From positions 1-43,550 of the IMG/VR virus record IMGVR_UViG_3300017754_002612: 43,550 nucleotides of DNA. The stretch is one strand, 5' to 3'. The notes beneath the pieces were generated by a model. That model was not told where the DNA came from, did no database searches, and was given only the letters and a program-made list of their open reading frames with translations. Positions 1 to 6,411 of this stretch are shown piece by piece. The position numbers and the translations under genes were made by a program. How positions within the stretch are numbered: the stretch's first letter is position 1; each line of letters starts with the position of its first letter. The stretch is from a virus.

Positions 1-123
1 GCATCGCCCAGGACAAGCAAGCTAATCGCTTCGTGAGTGTCAGTCAGGACGGTCATACCATGTCCAGGTTGAGCGGCGGGGCTTGTGGGCGAGCCGGTGG
101 AGGTGGAATTATTCTAGCGAGGA
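1..123. repeat. Terminal direct repeat identical to 43428..43550 (circular-assembly overlap or terminal redundancy)
   Basis: Compared base by base: 1-123 equals 43428-43550. The junction lies inside the coupled initiator/helicase gene pair, so the contig start point is arbitrary. Confidence 0.95.
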
Positions 124-691
124 GGTCACCAGCCCAAACACCGACCATTGCGCCTAACTGACGGTCTGCCTCTTCGATGCCTAGAATTTTAATAGCTTCC
201 ATGAGCGCATATTTTTTATCCAGCGTTCCGCCCTTGATCCGAAACGAGTGCCGCTTGAGGCACTGAGCCTCCGGCGAATCCTGGTTACGTGGTTTATTAG
301 TTTTTGGTTTATTCTCTTTATGGATTATTGGATTATTGGATAGGTTCGAGTTTGGTTCGAGGGTCGTTCGAGAGTCGTTCGAGCCACCGTCGAGGGTCGT
401 TCGAGCCACCTTCGATGGCTGAGATGTGCCGTACTTGTCAACTCTGGCCTTTGCCGACATCGCGCCATACTCGGCTTGCCTCTCGTGAAACTTCTCAGCG
501 TGTCCCCTAGCAGATGACCCGTGTTGCCAACCGAGATAGGAAGGGCTTGTGTCAACGAAGCGATTAGCACCACCAGATGCACCAGCCATGAATCCGCGCA
601 ACCATTCCCCACGTTCCTTGTCGTCAACAAGGGTATTTAGGTCAGCTGATACCTCATCCAGGTTAATTCTGACGTGGAAAATGCGCCCCAT
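53..691 (-). CDS. Replication initiation protein candidate (lambda O-like arrangement, iterons inside its own gene)
   Basis: 212-aa ORF. Its stop overlaps the DnaB-like start by ATGA once the contig is circularised (53-56 corresponds to 43480-43483). The low-complexity linker (ARTTLDGGSNDSRTTLEPNSNLSNN) is encoded by the 11-bp repeat array. No family motif recognised; function is inferred from position and the embedded repeats. Confidence 0.45.
   Translation of the reverse strand: MGRIFHVRINLDEVSADLNTLVDDKERGEWLRGFMAGASGGANRFVDTSPSYLGWQHGSSARGHAEKFHERQAEYGAMSAKARVDKYGTSQPSKVARTTLDGGSNDSRTTLEPNSNLSNNPIIHKENKPKTNKPRNQDSPEAQCLKRHSFRIKGGTLDKKYALMEAIKILGIEEADRQLGAMVGVWAGDLLARIIPPPPARPQAPPLNLDMV
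288..339. promoter_or_regulatory. AT-rich tract next to the iterons (candidate DNA-unwinding element of the origin)
   Basis: GGTTTATT occurs twice (291-298, 306-313). TGGATTAT is tandem at 321-328 and 329-336, with a partial third copy. The tract is clearly more AT-rich than its surroundings and directly abuts the 11-bp repeat array. Confidence 0.45.
340..416. repeat. Seven tandem 11-bp iteron-like repeats (candidate origin of replication)
   Basis: Units are ATAGGTTCGAG, TTTGGTTCGAG, GGTCGTTCGAG, AGTCGTTCGAG, CCACCGTCGAG, GGTCGTTCGAG and CCACCTTCGAT. TCGAG recurs exactly every 11 bp (346, 357, 368, 379, 390, 401), about one helical turn. Confidence 0.6.
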
Positions 692-924
692 TATTTTACG
701 GGCCTCTTATTAATCCAAGCCTCAGCTTCGCCCACGTTGGAGAAATAACGGTCAGATTCCCCGGTCCTTGATGCCTCCACTCCGACGTTCGGAGCGCCTC
801 CGGTAGATCCTATAGCCAATTGAATAGTCCAGCCCTTGTAGGTCGTCCGGCTTTCAGCTTGTCGCTGAAGGTCGGCAGCGCGTTTAGCTGCTCTGGCGGC
901 CTGGAGTTCTTGTGGAGTAATCAT
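691..924 (-). CDS. Hypothetical protein (77 aa)
   Basis: ORF in the leftward operon with a 1-nt overlap to the downstream gene and a 4-nt overlap to the upstream gene. Confidence 0.6.
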   Translation of the reverse strand: MITPQELQAARAAKRAADLQRQAESRTTYKGWTIQLAIGSTGGAPNVGVEASRTGESDRYFSNVGEAEAWINKRPVK

Positions 925-1124
925 TGCCCCACCTCCAGCATCACCAAATCATGCTTCACATCCTGGGCATGGTAAGCCGCCTCTTCAAGATCACGCACCC
1001 TCCAAATCAACTTCTCAGCCGCAGCCAAATACCCAATCGCGTGCGAGTGTTGCCCGTACAGCTCGGCCCGATCTGCGTCCAGCAATAGTGCCTTTATTTG
1101 AGCTTTAAGTGATGCGACATCCAT
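921..1124 (-). CDS. Hypothetical protein (67 aa, helical)
   Basis: ORF in the leftward operon with a 4-nt overlap to the next gene. Confidence 0.55.
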   Translation of the reverse strand: MDVASLKAQIKALLLDADRAELYGQHSHAIGYLAAAEKLIWRVRDLEEAAYHAQDVKHDLVMLEVGQ

Positions 1125-1146
1125 CGTCTGCCTCGGTAAACAATTA

Positions 1147-1252
1147 CCCGGATAGGTCTACACAGGTAGAACGCCCCAGCTACAAGGCACTGTGTAGACC
1201 AATCCGGGTAGGATTGGTGTAGCGGTGATTCATCAGAGCGGGTTCTACGCCG
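1147..1252. promoter_or_regulatory. Nested, mutually exclusive inverted repeats in an intergenic gap
   Basis: CCCGGATAGGTCTACACAG (1147-1165) pairs with CTGTGTAGACCAATCCGGG (1190-1208) at 18 of 19 positions. ACCAATCC (1198-1205) pairs with GGATTGGT (1211-1218). GTAGAAC (1167-1173) pairs with GTTCTAC (1244-1250). Confidence 0.4.
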
Positions 1253-1355
1253 TTGGTCCCTGATCCGTGCAAATCTAACGACCAAAACATCATGTCAACA
1301 GCGTTTTATTTCAGACTGCATTGACAAAAAGTGTCAGTCGTCAAGCAATCCTTGA

Positions 1356-1496
1356 CTACTTCCGCCAATCCCTTACAACCTCAACCCCAATCGCAACAGC
1401 AGTGATAATTAAACAGATCAGCAGCACCCAAGCCCAGAAGCCGGATTGGCCCTGATGCGCGACGGTGGCGGTTGCGGAGGCGAGGAGGGAAATCAT
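1356..1496 (-). CDS. Small membrane protein (46 aa, one TM segment)
   Basis: Hand-translated, below the ORF-track cutoff: MISLLASATATVAHQGQSGFWAWVLLICLIITAVAIGVEVVRDWRK. GGGAG lies 7 nt upstream; ATGA overlap with the upstream small ORF. Confidence 0.45.
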   Translation of the reverse strand: MISLLASATATVAHQGQSGFWAWVLLICLIITAVAIGVEVVRDWRK

Positions 1497-1657
1497 GGCT
1501 TACTCCCAATGGCATACGCGCCGGTTACGAAACCGATCAGCCAGTTGTAACCAGTAACGCTAGGCGGACCCAAATCGAAAGATGCGGCAGTAAATTCCAT
1601 TCCAGTGACGACCGCCAAAGCCACCAAGGAGATGATGTAAAATTCAGTACGCTTCAT
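1493..1657 (-). CDS. Small membrane protein (54 aa, two hydrophobic segments)
   Basis: Hand-translated: MKRTEFYIISLVALAVVTGMEFTAASFDLGPPSVTGYNWLIGFVTGAYAIGSKP. ATGA overlap with the stop of 1654..2079; GGAGAGG lies upstream. Confidence 0.5.
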   Translation of the reverse strand: MKRTEFYIISLVALAVVTGMEFTAASFDLGPPSVTGYNWLIGFVTGAYAIGSKP

Positions 1658-2079
1658 GATTTAACCGGCCTCTCCCGCAGCGTGGTGCGCCAGTCGGTGC
1701 CTGGGGCGACGGAGCAGCAACCCAATCTTATATTAGTGACAGCTCGATCGCTTCCCCAAGATAGAAGCCTGGGCTTTGGCTCCACATTCGCACAGTAGAA
1801 TCGTCCATCGCCATCCATCGCCACCCAATCAAACCCCTCCGGCACCTTGTCCCAGTCGATGGTGACGGGGTCGGTGGGTTGGGGGTTCGTGTCTAAAAGT
1901 TTGCTTACCTCATCATAAATATAATCACCAGCAGGGCAGCGCTTTTCTGCAAATTCTCTGATGCGCTCCAACAACTCACGCGGGACGGAAACGTTATCCA
2001 CGGGGAACCTCCCCCGCGTCGCCGCGCTGCTGTTCGGTGGCGTCGGGCTCATGCGTTTTTGTAATTTGTCCGATGGCAT
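1654..2079 (-). CDS. Hypothetical protein (up to 141 aa; true start may be the GTG at 2001)
   Basis: Long ORF. The in-frame GTG at 2001 has GGGGGAGG 6 nt upstream and would remove most of the overlap with 1994..2236. Confidence 0.65.
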   Translation of the reverse strand: MPSDKLQKRMSPTPPNSSAATRGRFPVDNVSVPRELLERIREFAEKRCPAGDYIYDEVSKLLDTNPQPTDPVTIDWDKVPEGFDWVAMDGDGRFYCANVEPKPRLLSWGSDRAVTNIRLGCCSVAPGTDWRTTLRERPVKS

Positions 2080-2236
2080 CGGCGCAATAATGCGATGCGT
2101 CTATGTATTTGATAACATATTCGGACTGCTCACGTAGCATGCGCTCGATTAATTTGCTGATAACATCATCGGCAGCAAGGCTGCAAATGGAGATTTTGTC
2201 GCCGTTCTGCTTGATGAAAATTGATACTGCGATCAT
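1994..2236 (-). CDS. Hypothetical protein (80 aa)
   Basis: ATG at 2236 is preceded by GGGGGAGG and has an ATGA overlap with 2233..3165. The C-terminus DATEQQRGDAGE is shared with the upstream protein. Confidence 0.5.
   Translation of the reverse strand: MIAVSIFIKQNGDKISICSLAADDVISKLIERMLREQSEYVIKYIDASHYCADAIGQITKTHEPDATEQQRGDAGEVPRG
2008..2044 (-). repeat. 37-bp gene-junction repeat, copy A
   Basis: cctcccccgcgtcgccgcgctgctgttcggtggcgtc matches copy B at 36 of 37 positions. On the coding strand it supplies the C-terminal codons of one gene and the Shine-Dalgarno sequence of the next. Confidence 0.9.
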
Positions 2237-3165
2237 TTCGCGGCCTCCCCCGCGTCGTCGCGCTGCTGTTCGGTGGCGTCCACCAAAACGCAGATCCTAC
2301 GGAATAGGTCGATGTGCTGTGCGTTCGCCAGCGGAACATGACCGTATAATCTGGTCTTAACTTCGCCCAGCAATTCCACGGCCTTCACCAACCGCCTCCG
2401 CAGGTCGTCGCGCTCGGCTGTTATATTTTTTATTGCATCCCGATACCCGTCGCGAGCACCAGATTGCGCTTCCTTGGCGACTACGAGCGCATCGCGGCAC
2501 TCTTGTAATCCGGCTTTGAGTTGATCGCGCTCAGCCTGTGCCGCAGCGAGCTGAGCGCGGAGGTCAGCTATCTCAATCTCCTTCTTCGTATTGCTAGCCG
2601 TCGCTACCGACATGGTAATTTCGTGTAAACTTTCTAGACCAGATAGCGCCGTTCTTTTTTCGGCAAGCTGGGCGCGGAGGTCGGCTATCTCGGCCTCTAG
2701 GCGCTTAAACTCAATCTGGGCCTCAGACATCACGGCATGTCCAGGTCCAGAAAAAATACGAGTCATGCCGTGGGTCACTATTGATAGCTCCCCACCGCCC
2801 TGCGTCTGGCCGGATGCTGCGATGGAGGATTCCTTGATGCGGAGGTCGGCAAGAACCTGATGTGCATGCGAAAGCTCAAGCTCCGCCTCCATGCAGCGCG
2901 TATCCAACTGGCGGATTATGGCGTGTAGTTCGTTCTCGGATTGAGGAGGCTGGGCAGATGCGGAGATGGCGGCTCTGATGTCATTGGGAGACTTACCGTC
3001 GCGTGCATACTGTATGTATGCAGCTATGTTAAGCTCCTCTTTCGTGCCACCTTCGCACATAAACTCGATGTCGCGCAGTATGTTTGCTAGATGTTGTTTC
3101 TGAATAATGTCACCAGCCTTCGCATCTTTCGGTATCGGGCAAACCGGCTTATCTTTGTTTTTCAT
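2233..3165 (-). CDS. Coiled-coil protein (310 aa), function unknown
   Basis: Long ORF with heptad-like, A/E/L/R/Q-rich sequence. Internal duplication EIADLRAQLA occurs twice, with DNA repeats near 2548-2580 and 2663-2697. Confidence 0.75.
   Translation of the reverse strand: MKNKDKPVCPIPKDAKAGDIIQKQHLANILRDIEFMCEGGTKEELNIAAYIQYARDGKSPNDIRAAISASAQPPQSENELHAIIRQLDTRCMEAELELSHAHQVLADLRIKESSIAASGQTQGGGELSIVTHGMTRIFSGPGHAVMSEAQIEFKRLEAEIADLRAQLAEKRTALSGLESLHEITMSVATASNTKKEIEIADLRAQLAAAQAERDQLKAGLQECRDALVVAKEAQSGARDGYRDAIKNITAERDDLRRRLVKAVELLGEVKTRLYGHVPLANAQHIDLFRRICVLVDATEQQRDDAGEAAK
2244..2280 (-). repeat. 37-bp gene-junction repeat, copy B
   Basis: cctcccccgcgtcgtcgcgctgctgttcggtggcgtc lies immediately upstream (coding sense) of the ATG at 2236. 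Confidence 0.9.
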
Positions 3166-3187
3166 AATCTTTCCTTAAAGGGTTGGT

Positions 3188-3409
3188 TTAAACTTTCGCC
3201 GCGCTAGTGAGCATCCATATTCCGGAATCGTCTTGGCGGACTAGCCCAGCTGACTTGAGCTTGTTTAGCTCGTCTTGCACCAGGCCTTCAAGCGCCAATT
3301 CTTTCCCTGGCATTACGTCAGTGAGATTGCAGGCGGAGTATGTGAGGTGCTTCACAGACTGGGGGCTGTATCTAAGGCGTGCTAAGATAACTGTGCGGAT
3401 GTCGGTCAT
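3188..3409 (-). CDS. Small protein (73 aa), possibly winged-helix DNA-binding
   Basis: The ORF ends like a wHTH wing (LNKLKSAGLVRQDDSGIWMLT). The fold call is weak. Confidence 0.5.
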   Translation of the reverse strand: MTDIRTVILARLRYSPQSVKHLTYSACNLTDVMPGKELALEGLVQDELNKLKSAGLVRQDDSGIWMLTSAAKV

Positions 3410-3411
3410 AG

Positions 3412-3759
3412 TTACACCACCTTGCCATTACGTATTTCACAGAAGGTGAATTGATTGCCGTATAGAGATAGAAAGAGCTTTTTTTTAATCTCGTAAACAG
3501 GTGTTTTAAAGCCCTTGACGTCCTCGACTATCCAATCTCCGTCAAGCCTGTACTGAAAGTCAGCTACATATTCAATAGCCCTGTAATTCTTTCCGCGACA
3601 TGTAAACTTATCTAAAAGCTTGAATCTAGGCTGTGTCATTAACCCCCAGATATGACCGGATTTCTCCAGCATCCGCAGAGTTGCATACCGCTGCGCCTCG
3701 GCCTTACTGCTGAACTTGATGTCGCCTACCGTGGTGGGCTTTGCTTTGTACTTATGCAT
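3412..3759 (-). CDS. DUF1064-family protein (PD-(D/E)XK nuclease-like fold)
   Basis: KYKAKPTTVGDIKFSSKAEAQRYATLRMLEKSG, YVADFQY and VEDVKGFKTPVYEIKKKLF match my recollection of the DUF1064 consensus. Confidence 0.75.
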   Translation of the reverse strand: MHKYKAKPTTVGDIKFSSKAEAQRYATLRMLEKSGHIWGLMTQPRFKLLDKFTCRGKNYRAIEYVADFQYRLDGDWIVEDVKGFKTPVYEIKKKLFLSLYGNQFTFCEIRNGKVV

Positions 3760-3959
3760 TAGATCCTCCCCAATTCCCGCAACTTGCGTTCAACGCGGTG
3801 CATCTCGTCATCCGGCAGCAAACTGCGAACATAGGTCGGCACGGTGTCCTTGGTAAGCCACTTGGACAAGAGCGGATCAAAGTAGGTAAACTGCCCGTTG
3901 CGGTGGATGGACACGCATGGTCGGCAGGTTTTACCTTGGACTAGGACGGTGTTGGTCAT
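3759..3959 (-). CDS. Hypothetical protein (66 aa)
   Basis: ORF with overlap coupling on both sides. Confidence 0.55.
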   Translation of the reverse strand: MTNTVLVQGKTCRPCVSIHRNGQFTYFDPLLSKWLTKDTVPTYVRSLLPDDEMHRVERKLRELGRI

Positions 3960-4573
3960 TTGTGTACCTGCTTGCTCTTTGGAATCAGGTCATTCTTGCA
4001 GAACTTCTTAAACTTGGCCTGACGTGCGCACTCGCTCTCGAACTGAATGACAATCCCTTCCGGGTCCATAAAGCCTGGGACCAAGACGGATCCGGCAGAC
4101 GAGAGCATGTCAACCATGGAATCAAATAGGCCGGGGTTCCAGGTGCCCTGATAAAGAACCGGCACCTTCTGAACGATCGGTATCAGGTCATCGCGCCACC
4201 ATTCAAAGCTGGCGAATCGCCTCTCGGTTAATCCGTATCGGCGTTGAATGCCTGAGCCGTACCATTCCCCGTAATGATAGCCGGGGCCGAGCTTGACCAA
4301 CTCTGAGGCATGTTCAGCAACCCAGCGAGCGAAGCCAAAGTTGTCCTTCTCGGGGGTAATCCAGCCATTGCGTGCGCCAGCGGTGACAACGCCGTCATCA
4401 GAGACGTGTATCAGGCCGTTGGTGCCGTCGATCTTTTCGGTGATGGTAATTGTCTCCGAGCTTAGGCGCTGGATTGAGGGGAAGGAGGGGTAGGTAGGAG
4501 TGGAGTCAGGCATGTAAGGGGTCCTTGCAGGATGCATGGACCATACGCATGGTCTAGCCATGTCAACAGACAA
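3956..4573 (-). CDS. ATP-dependent RNA ligase family protein (nucleotidyltransferase, KxDG)
   Basis: Motif I TEKIDGTN, then GEWYGSGIQ, EGIVIQ and a KFKKF lysine motif, in the order expected for the Rnl2/PF09414-type ligase core. The start is ambiguous (TTG 4573, ATG 4561 or ATG 4513). Confidence 0.7.
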   Translation of the reverse strand: MSVDMARPCVWSMHPARTPYMPDSTPTYPSFPSIQRLSSETITITEKIDGTNGLIHVSDDGVVTAGARNGWITPEKDNFGFARWVAEHASELVKLGPGYHYGEWYGSGIQRRYGLTERRFASFEWWRDDLIPIVQKVPVLYQGTWNPGLFDSMVDMLSSAGSVLVPGFMDPEGIVIQFESECARQAKFKKFCKNDLIPKSKQVHK

Positions 4574-4610
4574 CCTTGCGCTTGGTCAGAGTTGATATAG
4601 CATACACGAC

Positions 4611-4742
4611 ATGAAGAAAATCTACACCGCATCAGAAATGGCCGCACTGCGATGGGCAAAGACTACACCTGAGGAGCGAATTGCACATAGCAAGAAAATG
4701 ACAAAAGCTCTGAAATTAGCGAGGGAAAAGCGCGGTAAGTAG
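4611..4742 (+). CDS. Possible small basic protein (43 aa)
   Basis: Hand-translated: MKKIYTASEMAALRWAKTTPEERIAHSKKMTKALKLAREKRGK. It fills the divergent gap, but there is no clear Shine-Dalgarno sequence. Confidence 0.25.
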   Translation: MKKIYTASEMAALRWAKTTPEERIAHSKKMTKALKLAREKRGK

Positions 4743-4749
4743 AAACTTG

Positions 4750-4777
4750 TTGACCATGCGCATGGTGTTGCTATGTT
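4750..4777 (+). promoter_or_regulatory. Sigma70-like promoter of the rightward recombination operon
   Basis: TTGACC (4750-4755), 16-nt spacer, TATGTT (4772-4777), about 30 nt upstream of the ATG at 4806. Confidence 0.4.
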
Positions 4778-4805
4778 CCGCCCATCACCCACCCAAGGCC
4801 AGCAA

Positions 4806-5594
4806 ATGACCGACACCTCCCAATCCTTGCCGAACGAAATCAGAAACCGATACACCAACTCGGTGATCTATAAATCGAACACGGCCAAGACCATCAAAGA
4901 TACGCTGGTAGAGGCGGTGGAGTCTGGCGCGAACCTGGGCGACGCGTACCTGGGCGACGCGTACCTGCGCGGCGCGAACCTGCGCGACGCGAACCTGCGC
5001 GGCGCGTACCTGGGCGGCGCGTACCTGGGCGGCGCGAACCTGGGCGGCGCGAACCTGGGCGGCGCGAACCTGCGCGGCGCGAACCTGGGCGGCGCGTACC
5101 TGGGCGACGCGTACCTGGGCGACGCGAACCTGCGCGGCGCGAACCTGCGCGGCGCGAACCTGCGCGGCGCGAACCTGGGCGACGCGTACCTGGGCGGCGC
5201 GAACCTGGGCGGCGCGAACCTGGGCGGCGCGAACCTGGGCGATGACGGCAAAATCCTATCCACCGCCTCAGTCCAGTTCACCGGACACGGCGTCTGCGGT
5301 CGCAATCTGCTGGCCGTACAGGCCGAGAAGACGACGCGCATCTTCTGCGGCTGCTTCAATGGCACGCCAGACGAACTACGTGCATGGATTGATTGCAATG
5401 AAGCCATCTACCGCAAAACGCGAACCCTGGCGCTAGACACCGCCCTAATGCTTTTGTCGGTGGAGAATGACACCGCAGAAGACTTAGAAAAGGCAAAGGA
5501 GGCCGCGCAGGTAGTTATCAGTAAGACAAAAGCCAAGCGCAAATCGGCGGTCAAAAAGATGGCAAAGAAGGCCACTAAGAAGCGGAAGGGCTAA
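4806..5594 (+). CDS. Pentapeptide-repeat protein with a lysine-rich C-terminal tail
   Basis: 21 consecutive [G/R][G/D]A[N/Y]L pentapeptides, then a roughly 90-aa Cys-containing domain and the tail KTKAKRKSAVKKMAKKATKKRKG. ATG 4806 has AAGG 8 nt upstream. The track start at 4773 lies inside the -10 box. Confidence 0.9.
   Translation: MTDTSQSLPNEIRNRYTNSVIYKSNTAKTIKDTLVEAVESGANLGDAYLGDAYLRGANLRDANLRGAYLGGAYLGGANLGGANLGGANLRGANLGGAYLGDAYLGDANLRGANLRGANLRGANLGDAYLGGANLGGANLGGANLGDDGKILSTASVQFTGHGVCGRNLLAVQAEKTTRIFCGCFNGTPDELRAWIDCNEAIYRKTRTLALDTALMLLSVENDTAEDLEKAKEAAQVVISKTKAKRKSAVKKMAKKATKKRKG
4923..5237 (+). repeat. 21 tandem 15-bp units encoding the pentapeptide array
   Basis: Unit is (G/C)GC G(G/A)C GCG (A/T)AC CTG. 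Only three nucleotide positions vary, each between two states, and no synonymous differences were seen. Confidence 0.95.
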
Positions 5595-5596
5595 TT

Positions 5597-6022
5597 ATGA
5601 CCACCTCCGAACTCGACCAACGCACCGAAGCCCTAAACGCCGCCACCGCCCTCTTCACCGAGGACCATAGCCTAGTCGAAGCGTTAAAGGCGTTGCAGTC
5701 CGGCAAGTGGACTTTCACGCCCGACAAGGCATACGGCTCGCTTGCCCCGGCGCTCGACACCACGGAACACCTTTCCGACCTGGCAGACGAGGCGTGGGAC
5801 GTGTCGGTTAAGTGCAACAGCGCTGGACTCACTGCACTGGCCGGTCTCGCCGAGCGTCTGGACCAGTCGATCCGCAAGGTGCTGGTCGATCCCCGGACTG
5901 TGCGCGATTCGCTGGCTGGCTTCTCGGTGCTGACCACCGATGCCCGCAAAACGCTGGACGCCGAGGAGGACAACCTTCAGGCGATGGTTAATCAGGCTAT
6001 GCCGTTTGGAGCTGTGGCATGA
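5597..6022 (+). CDS. Hypothetical protein (141 aa)
   Basis: ORF starting 3 nt after the upstream stop, with a 4-nt overlap to the next gene. Confidence 0.7.
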   Translation: MTTSELDQRTEALNAATALFTEDHSLVEALKALQSGKWTFTPDKAYGSLAPALDTTEHLSDLADEAWDVSVKCNSAGLTALAGLAERLDQSIRKVLVDPRTVRDSLAGFSVLTTDARKTLDAEEDNLQAMVNQAMPFGAVA

Positions 6023-6378
6023 AAATCGACTACTCCGACGACTCCACCCTGATCATGGCCCTAGAAGACGACCACGACCACCTCCGCGACCACTGCGAAC
6101 GCGTCGCAATTGAGCGTGAGGCGAAGAAGGAATGCGAGCCAACGCCGATTCTGAGTATGCATGCAGCGCCAACCCTGAACTGGGATCTCATCATCGACTG
6201 GTGCCTACTGCTTATCGTCACCGTTTCGTTCATCCTGACCATGATGTTGTGCGGTATATGCATCCAGGCGTGGCTTGAACTGGAAGGTTCCGGCCTGATC
6301 GCGTGTGGCGTCTGTGCGGTGCTGAGTGCTGCCGTATGTGGCGTGGCTGGGTGGGTTACGGTTAAGCGCATAACTTAA
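6019..6378 (+). CDS. Membrane protein (119 aa, two C-terminal TM segments)
   Basis: Acidic N-terminal half, then LIIDWCLLLIVTVSFILTMMLCGICI and GLIACGVCAVLSAAVCGVAGWV. Confidence 0.7.
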   Translation: MKIDYSDDSTLIMALEDDHDHLRDHCERVAIEREAKKECEPTPILSMHAAPTLNWDLIIDWCLLLIVTVSFILTMMLCGICIQAWLELEGSGLIACGVCAVLSAAVCGVAGWVTVKRIT

Positions 6379-6411
6379 ATAAACAATGCCCGAATGGGCG
6401 GAAGGAATCAC

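Noticed and set aside
1211-1262. tRNA-like fragments (TGGTGTAGCGGTGA and GGGTTCTACGCC), and GTTTCGAATCC near 27555
   Set aside because: No acceptor stem, anticodon arm or complementary T-stem can be drawn. The second site lies inside a coding frame.
4923-5237. Regular short-repeat array considered as a CRISPR array or a DGR variable region
   Set aside because: The units are contiguous with no spacers and lie in-frame inside a gene, so it is not a CRISPR array. No reverse transcriptase or template repeat exists in the genome, and variation is not adenine-specific, so it is not a DGR.
4868-5407. 179-aa minus-strand ORF made of PRFAP/PRYAP repeats
   Set aside because: It is simply the antisense reading of the 15-bp pentapeptide array. 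There is no start context, and the plus-strand frame continues into non-repetitive N- and C-terminal domains.
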